From Sedimentisphaerales bacterium (GTDB lineage Bacteria > Planctomycetota > Phycisphaerae > Sedimentisphaerales > Anaerobacaceae): DNA of 64,000 bases. The position numbers and the translations under genes were made by a program. This document shows, piece after piece, positions 57,634-64,000 of this stretch. The notes under the pieces are model-generated. The model did no database searches, was not told where the DNA came from, and worked only from the letters and a program-made list of their open reading frames with translations. Each line of letters opens with the position of its first letter. Within the stretch, counting starts at the first letter, position 1. Where the stretch lies: positions 160,001 to 224,000 of the forward strand of contig JAXGYC010000010.1 of assembly GCA_040772485.1 (NCBI GenBank). Direction: 5' to 3'.

Positions 57634-59235
57634 ATGGCGAGCGAACGCGTCAAAGCAGTGGCAATTCTGTTGATTCTCTGTCTGTGCGTAACTGGCTGGG
57701 CGGACTTTCTGGCGGATCTGGCGCAACCTCACGAGGGGCGGAGCATGCGGGCGACCTCGACCGCCAAGCTGGGTACAGACCCGCGCGGGTGGCAAGGTGA
57801 ACCCGACCCGAACAGCAACAGCGACAACAGCAGCGTCCCGCCGGGCCAGACGAAGGTCCTGATGGACGTCAAAGGTCCCGGCGTGATCACACACATCTGG
57901 ATGACGTTCCTTGGGCCCGAACCGCACCCCTGGGCCAAGAACGGATCGGCCAACCACCAGGAGATGCTGCTGCGAATCTACTGGGACGGCGACGAGCGGC
58001 CGGGCGTCGAGGCCCCCGTCGGCGACTTCTTCGCCAACAGCTTCGGCAAACGCAGCGAGGTGATCAGCCTGCCGGTGATCGTCGAGGACGCCGATTCGTA
58101 CAACTGCTTCTGGCACATGCCCTTCCGCAAGTCTGCCCGCGTCGAGGTCGTCAACCAGAGCGAAAAACCGATCAGCCTGCTCTACTTCAACATCGACTGG
58201 ATCAAGAAAGACAAGATCGCCAGGGACGCCCCCTACTTCTACGCCCAGTACCGCCACGAGTACCCCGTCGAGAACGGCAAGGACTACGTGATTCTCGAAA
58301 CGCAGGGCAAGGGACACTACGTCGGCACGGTCCTGAGCGTACGGACGCGCAGCCCATCCTGGTTTGGCGAAGGCGACGAGAAGATCTACATCGACGGCGA
58401 AGCCAGACCTTCGATCTGGGGCACCGGGACCGAAGACTACTTCCTCTCCGCCTGGGGTCTCCAGACGACCAGCACGCCGTACTTCGGCGTGCCCTACTTC
58501 GACGAATGGGGAATCGTCGGCGGGCACACCTCCGCCTACCGCTGGCACATCAACGACCCGTTGGTCTTCAACAAGGGGATCAAGGTAACGTTTGAGCACT
58601 TCGGCTGGATGTCGCCCGATGAGAATCCGCAATACAAATCGCATAGCTGGAACGAGCGGGAGGACGACTACTCCAGCGTCGCGTTCTGGTATCAGACGGG
58701 CCAGCCGACGTTCACGGCGCGAGCCCCGCGCGAGCGGACGCTGCCTAACCTCGACCGGATCATCGCCGCCCGCCAGTTCACAGCCCAGCAGTATCACGGC
58801 CAAGGTCAGGCCGAGGCGCAGAACCTGGACCTCTATCCCGACGGGCATCTGCTGTACAAGCCCGAGAGCCAGGACAACGCGTGGATCGGGATCCCCTTCG
58901 AGATCGAGAAGAAAGAGCCCAAGCGGCTGCTGCTGGTCCTGACGAAATCCTATGATTTCGGCCAATATCAGGCCTACCTCAATGGCGTCAAGCTGGGCGG
59001 CGTCATGGACCTCTACAGCAAGGACGTTGCGACGCGCGAGTTCCACCTGCTGGACTTCTGGCCCGAGCCGGGCAAGTACACGCTGCGGCTCGAATGCGTC
59101 GGAAGGAACCCCGCCTCGACGGGCTGCTATCTCGGCATCGAATCGGTCCGCCTGCGCGAGCGACGACCTCGCGTCGCCGAGTACCGCCACGACATCGACA
59201 AAGACTGGCGCAAGGAGCCCATGCTCTACAATTGA
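57634..59235 (+). CDS. DUF2961 (GH172-like) secreted glycoside hydrolase
   Basis: AGGAG RBS; GPGVITHIW, PVGDFF, MPFRKSA, WFGEGDE, GTGTEDYF. Confidence 0.85.
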   Translation: MASERVKAVAILLILCLCVTGWADFLADLAQPHEGRSMRATSTAKLGTDPRGWQGEPDPNSNSDNSSVPPGQTKVLMDVKGPGVITHIWMTFLGPEPHPWAKNGSANHQEMLLRIYWDGDERPGVEAPVGDFFANSFGKRSEVISLPVIVEDADSYNCFWHMPFRKSARVEVVNQSEKPISLLYFNIDWIKKDKIARDAPYFYAQYRHEYPVENGKDYVILETQGKGHYVGTVLSVRTRSPSWFGEGDEKIYIDGEARPSIWGTGTEDYFLSAWGLQTTSTPYFGVPYFDEWGIVGGHTSAYRWHINDPLVFNKGIKVTFEHFGWMSPDENPQYKSHSWNEREDDYSSVAFWYQTGQPTFTARAPRERTLPNLDRIIAARQFTAQQYHGQGQAEAQNLDLYPDGHLLYKPESQDNAWIGIPFEIEKKEPKRLLLVLTKSYDFGQYQAYLNGVKLGGVMDLYSKDVATREFHLLDFWPEPGKYTLRLECVGRNPASTGCYLGIESVRLRERRPRVAEYRHDIDKDWRKEPMLYN

Positions 59236-59263
59236 CGGGCTGCTCCTCTATGGCTCATGCCGG

Positions 59264-60061
59264 TCACAAAGGGCGAATCCAGATGTTGCGAAAACGCACG
59301 GGATTGTTGTGCCCGGCCAGGACCAGCGGGCGCTTCGGCGCGATCGGCCGGTCGTACTTGGGCAGGATCCGATGGCCGGTGGGACCGTAGATCTGCTGGT
59401 TGTGGTGGACGAGAATCCCGTTGTGCAGGACCGTGACATAGGCGGGCTTGACGAGCTTGTCTCCTTCGAAAACCGGGGCGAAGAAGATGATGTCATACGT
59501 CTGCCAGCGTCCCGGTTCGCGGCACGCGTTGACCATCGGCGGGGTCTGGCCGTAGACGCTGGCCGCCTGGCCGTCAGGATAGAGCGGCGTCGTGTATGTG
59601 TCGAACACCTGAATCTCGAAGAGGCCCATCAGCGTGACGCCATTGTTGCCGTGGTCCCAATCCTCGCCCACCGGCGGATTCGGCGCCTGCCACTCGACAT
59701 GGAGCTGGCAATCGCCGAACGACTCCTTCGTGGTCAGGCTGCCCGAGACGACGACCAGGTCGCCATCTTCGATCTTCCAGTCCGAAGGCTGCCACTGCGA
59801 CAGGTCCGTCCCGTCGAAGAGAACGACCGCATCGGACGGCGCGGCGCCGCGCCGGCCCGGCGTCACCTTGGCCGGCTTGGGCCGGTCGGGATCGTGCACG
59901 TGGTACCCGCACCAGGGCAGTACCGGCGTATCCTTATACCCCACGACGCCGGAGCCATCTTTGGCCTTGACCAGTTCAGCCGCAATCGCATTGGCGGCAT
60001 ACAACAGGCAGAAGACAAAAACAACGGTGACAGCGACAACAGCGATGCGGCGACGATTCAT
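59264..60061 (-). CDS. DUF1080 (3-keto-disaccharide hydrolase-like) secreted protein
   Basis: Signal peptide; LFDGTDL, FGDCQLHVEW, EIQV, WQTYDI, FRNIWIRPL. Confidence 0.88.
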   Translation of the reverse strand: MNRRRIAVVAVTVVFVFCLLYAANAIAAELVKAKDGSGVVGYKDTPVLPWCGYHVHDPDRPKPAKVTPGRRGAAPSDAVVLFDGTDLSQWQPSDWKIEDGDLVVVSGSLTTKESFGDCQLHVEWQAPNPPVGEDWDHGNNGVTLMGLFEIQVFDTYTTPLYPDGQAASVYGQTPPMVNACREPGRWQTYDIIFFAPVFEGDKLVKPAYVTVLHNGILVHHNQQIYGPTGHRILPKYDRPIAPKRPLVLAGHNNPVRFRNIWIRPL

Positions 60062-60350
60062 GGCTGATCCTTTCATCGGTTGGTTTGCCGGTGCTCTCAT
60101 GGGGCGAGGGCTCGCAAGCCGCCGTCCGAGAGCGCGAACTTCACACGTCACTATAGCTCACATGCAGCGGCGCGGCAAGCCCCGCTATTGGGCTCATCCT
60201 GTAGTCGGGTGGCAGCCTCAAACGCGCAGCGTTTGGGGATGGTATACCTGGCTATCGTATCGGCGGCGAAGTGTCGCCAACGCTGAGAACCATCCCCAGG
60301 TTCTTCGAACTTGAGGCTGCCCCACACGACGCTTTCCGCAACACAAGCAG

Positions 60351-60379
60351 TTGATCCGCAGCCGCCGCGACGCTATAAT
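60351..60379 (+). promoter_or_regulatory. Sigma70-type promoter
   Basis: TTGATC-17 nt-TATAAT. Confidence 0.6.
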
Positions 60380-60437
60380 CCGAATACCGTGGATGTGGCA
60401 ACCAATGGGGTGGATTTGGTGCAACGGTCGCGAGGGG

Positions 60438-61364
60438 ATGTCAAGCAGCAAGGAAGAACCGGCAGTGGCAGCGACGAACTCACAATGGGGCAGAGGTCAT
60501 TCGGCAATTGCCAGACGAGCGATCCCGTGGGTGGGCTTTCTATTGTCGACCATGTGGATCGGCATCCTGCCGGGGGCCGAGCGACCGGGGCGACGAGACG
60601 AGGCCGTATCCGTCCATCGGGTCCCATCGGGAAACGGCGTCAACCTGATTGTGGAGAATCGCGCGCCGTGCGACGTGACAGTCACCATGACTCTCGATGC
60701 CAGCAACATGCATGTGACCTGGATTCGTCCGGAGACCGAGACCTTCCCGGCCGGTTCCGAGACGGAGGCCGTCCGAATCGTCCCGGAGGACCCGAGCCGG
60801 CCGTGTTCATGGCGATTCCATTTCAAGTGGGTCAAGGGCAACGTACACGCCAGGCACGATGAGAACACCCTGTACCTGCTCCCGTTCGAGGCGGGCCGGT
60901 CCTTTCGGGTCTCCCAGGGCTACAACGGCACGCTGACGCATTTCGATCAGGATCAATATGCGGTGGACTTCGCGATGCGGGAAGGCACGGCGGTCTGTGC
61001 GGCCCGCTCCGGCGTTGTCGTCGATCTCGAGGAATCGTACAAGACCGGCGGACCGTCCAAGAAGTACAAGAGCCACGTGAATTTCGTATCGATCGCACAC
61101 GACGACGGCACGATCGGGGAATACCATCACATCCGGCAAAACGGCGTACTTGTGGAGATCGGGCAGGAGGTGAACGCCGGACAGCACATCGCCCTGTCGG
61201 GCAACACCGGGTACTCGACCTTCCCGCACCTGCACTTCGGCGTCTACTCGCCGGTCGACGGCAGGCGGCTCCAGTCGCACCCCGTTGCGTTCGCTACCCG
61301 CCAGGGCATCGTCACCGATCCGGTCGAAGGAAGGGTCTACACCGCGCTACCGGCCGCGAAATAA
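60438..61364 (+). CDS. M23-family metallopeptidase
   Basis: THF…YAVDF, AARSGVV, YHHI, SGNTGYSTFPHLHF; start uncertain. Confidence 0.85.
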   Translation: MSSSKEEPAVAATNSQWGRGHSAIARRAIPWVGFLLSTMWIGILPGAERPGRRDEAVSVHRVPSGNGVNLIVENRAPCDVTVTMTLDASNMHVTWIRPETETFPAGSETEAVRIVPEDPSRPCSWRFHFKWVKGNVHARHDENTLYLLPFEAGRSFRVSQGYNGTLTHFDQDQYAVDFAMREGTAVCAARSGVVVDLEESYKTGGPSKKYKSHVNFVSIAHDDGTIGEYHHIRQNGVLVEIGQEVNAGQHIALSGNTGYSTFPHLHFGVYSPVDGRRLQSHPVAFATRQGIVTDPVEGRVYTALPAAK

Positions 61365-61372
61365 GGCGTGTG

Positions 61373-62521
<1,149 letters not shown>

Positions 62522-62592
62522 TCAGTGTCTGGCATCGCGACCGGACACATCCACCTTCGGCGCCCCCTTCATAGCACGGGGGGCCGAACAAA

Positions 62593-63354
62593 TCAAGTCG
62601 CCGCGCCGGACAGCGTGCCGACCAGCAGGTCCGGCTGCGCAGCCACATCGCCCACGTCGCGCGGGTGGCACTCGACCCGAAAGCCGGCCTCGGCCATCAG
62701 GTCGAGCCACCGCTGACGGTCGAACAGGCCCGTTGTGAGCCGGTCCAGCTCGATCCGAAGCCCGGCGCACGTGCGAATCAGGTAGAACAGAATCGTCTCG
62801 ATCGTCGTGTCAGCGGGGTCCGGGTCGCAGGTGAATTCGATGAACGTCAGCTCCGTTTCGTTGTCAGACCTCGTGCTGGAGTCCACCGTGGGATCGCGGA
62901 AAGTCTCGCGGAAGTGATCCGGGGAAGTGATGAGGACGCCGCCCGGCTCCAGGTGCGCCACGGCGGTGGCGAACACCGCTTTCAGGTCGGCTTCCGTCTG
63001 CATGTGGCTGATCGCATCGTGGACGAGCACGGCCTGGAACTTCCGGTTCAGACGCACGGTCCGCATGTCGCCCGCAAGGTGCTCGACGCCCGGATTCAGC
63101 CGTCTCGAATGCCGCATCATCGCCTCCGAGAGGTCCACGGCGGTCGCCTCGAAGTCGGCGGTCAGGTGCGAGAGGTGGTGTCCGCCGCCGGCGCCCAGTT
63201 CGAGAAGACAGTGCCGCCCGGGCCCGAGCTTGCTCCGCAGTGTGTCCCGCCAGCAACGGGCCTCGGCGGCATAGTCCTCGACCGGACTAACCAGAGGCCA
63301 AAGGTAAGCCAAGTCGCCATAGAGGCGGTTCGCTTGAATCTGCGTCGAGTCCAT
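62593..63354 (-). CDS. Class I SAM-dependent methyltransferase
   Basis: LLELGAGGG, VDLSEAM, GDMR, LEPGG. Confidence 0.88.
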   Translation of the reverse strand: MDSTQIQANRLYGDLAYLWPLVSPVEDYAAEARCWRDTLRSKLGPGRHCLLELGAGGGHHLSHLTADFEATAVDLSEAMMRHSRRLNPGVEHLAGDMRTVRLNRKFQAVLVHDAISHMQTEADLKAVFATAVAHLEPGGVLITSPDHFRETFRDPTVDSSTRSDNETELTFIEFTCDPDPADTTIETILFYLIRTCAGLRIELDRLTTGLFDRQRWLDLMAEAGFRVECHPRDVGDVAAQPDLLVGTLSGAAT

Positions 63355-63453
63355 CGGTTCGCATCCCCTTCTGCGGCCTTCATGCCGCTCTCGTACCGAC
63401 GCTTCACACCTGCGCCCATGGATGATCGGGCACAATCCGGGCTGGATTTTTGC

Positions 63454-63483
63454 TTGACAGGGTTCCCCAGGGGGCCATACAAT
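63454..63483 (+). promoter_or_regulatory. tRNA promoter
   Basis: TTGACA-18 nt-TACAAT. Confidence 0.7.
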
Positions 63484-63495
63484 TCAATCGTAGTT

Positions 63496-63567
63496 GCGGC
63501 TGTAGCTCAATGGTAGAGCGCGACCTTCCCAAGGTCGATGTTGTGAGTTCGAGTCTCATCAGCCGCT
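63496..63567 (+). tRNA. tRNA-Gly (anticodon CCC), CCA not encoded
   Basis: Cloverleaf: acceptor GCGGCTG/CAGCCGC, D stem GCTC/GAGC, anticodon CGACC-TTCCCAA-GGTCG, T arm GTGAG-TTCGAGT-CTCAT. Confidence 0.96.
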
Positions 63568-63637
63568 TTTTGCATTTCCAGACGCCGCCAATTGCCCATC
63601 TTCCCACCCAGTCCCCCACGCATGCGTCTCTTCTGCG

Positions 63638-64000
63638 TCACGGGACGCGCTGCTCGATGACCTCTTCGCGCCGGACCTCATGGGCCTGCCCTTGCCAGGA
63701 CAAGGTCGCCGGACCGAAGGCGTGAAAGACGCGAACGGAACCTGACTCCTTCAGAGGCTTGCCGTCGGGCGCCTGGAGCGTGAACAGGGCCCCCTGCCCG
63801 TAGTCCGTGCCGCTCCAGCGTTTCGCGTGGAAGGCGACGAAGGACGGTCCTTCGACGATGAAGCCCCACGGTGGCAGGATCGTGCGTCCACCCAGCTCAG
63901 AAGTCACCTCGGCATCGGTCGCGCCGAAGTTGACGATGACGGTCGTCGCATCGGAGGCAGCGCCGTAGACCGCGCGCCGGACGTTGCGGTCGCCGGAGAG
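63638..64000 (-). CDS. C-terminal part of a gene extending beyond the window (function not identifiable)
   Basis: Frame stays open upstream of 63907 toward the window edge; host-like codons; ends …EVRREEVIEQRVP*. Confidence 0.6.
   Translation of the reverse strand, partial: LSGDRNVRRAVYGAASDATTVIVNFGATDAEVTSELGGRTILPPWGFIVEGPSFVAFHAKRWSGTDYGQGALFTLQAPDGKPLKESGSVRVFHAFGPATLSWQGQAHEVRREEVIEQRVP

Noticed and set aside
895..59190. Many long antisense ORFs (e.g. 895-2397, 22047-24077, 25613-27754, 35754-38177, 41673-43952, 57619-59190)
   Set aside because: They shadow well-supported genes on the opposite strand; expected from high-GC3 codon bias, and they have no motifs
63496..64000. Genomic island integrated at tRNA-Gly
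   Set aside because: No integrase and no duplicated tRNA 3' end seen in the window

Overview
GC-rich bacterial chromosomal segment. The prepilin/H-X9-DG gene, dockerin-like protein, tandem BlaI/M56 pairs, DUF1080/DUF2961/GH36-type enzymes and membrane-anchored GspE-like ATPase suggest an anaerobic planctomycete (Phycisphaerae-like; inference). Contents in order: PilT and GspE-like ATPases plus a CvpA-like gene; an EF-G paralog; two BlaI + BlaR1/M56 modules, each with its own palindromic operator; two kinases; etfB-etfA-acyl-CoA dehydrogenase-HAD; glycoside hydrolases; a cheW/MCP/porin cluster without cheA; a cobalamin riboswitch before a dockerin-bearing secreted protein and a prepilin/H-X9-DG gene; comF; an XRE-S24 repressor; a cold-shock gene; gcvT-H-PA-PB; type II DHQ synthase; mscL; carbohydrate-active genes; tRNA-Gly(CCC). 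Most notable: (1) a 1697-aa M56 transducer whose extracytoplasmic part looks like a mosaic of envelope-machine domains, with an in-frame REP-like insertion; (2) a B12-riboswitch operon pairing a surface protein with a pilin-like protein, with no BtuB/BtuFCD in the window; (3) several small repeat families and unannotated small ORFs, including a micro-lipoprotein. All family calls come from motif recognition by eye; no searches were run.
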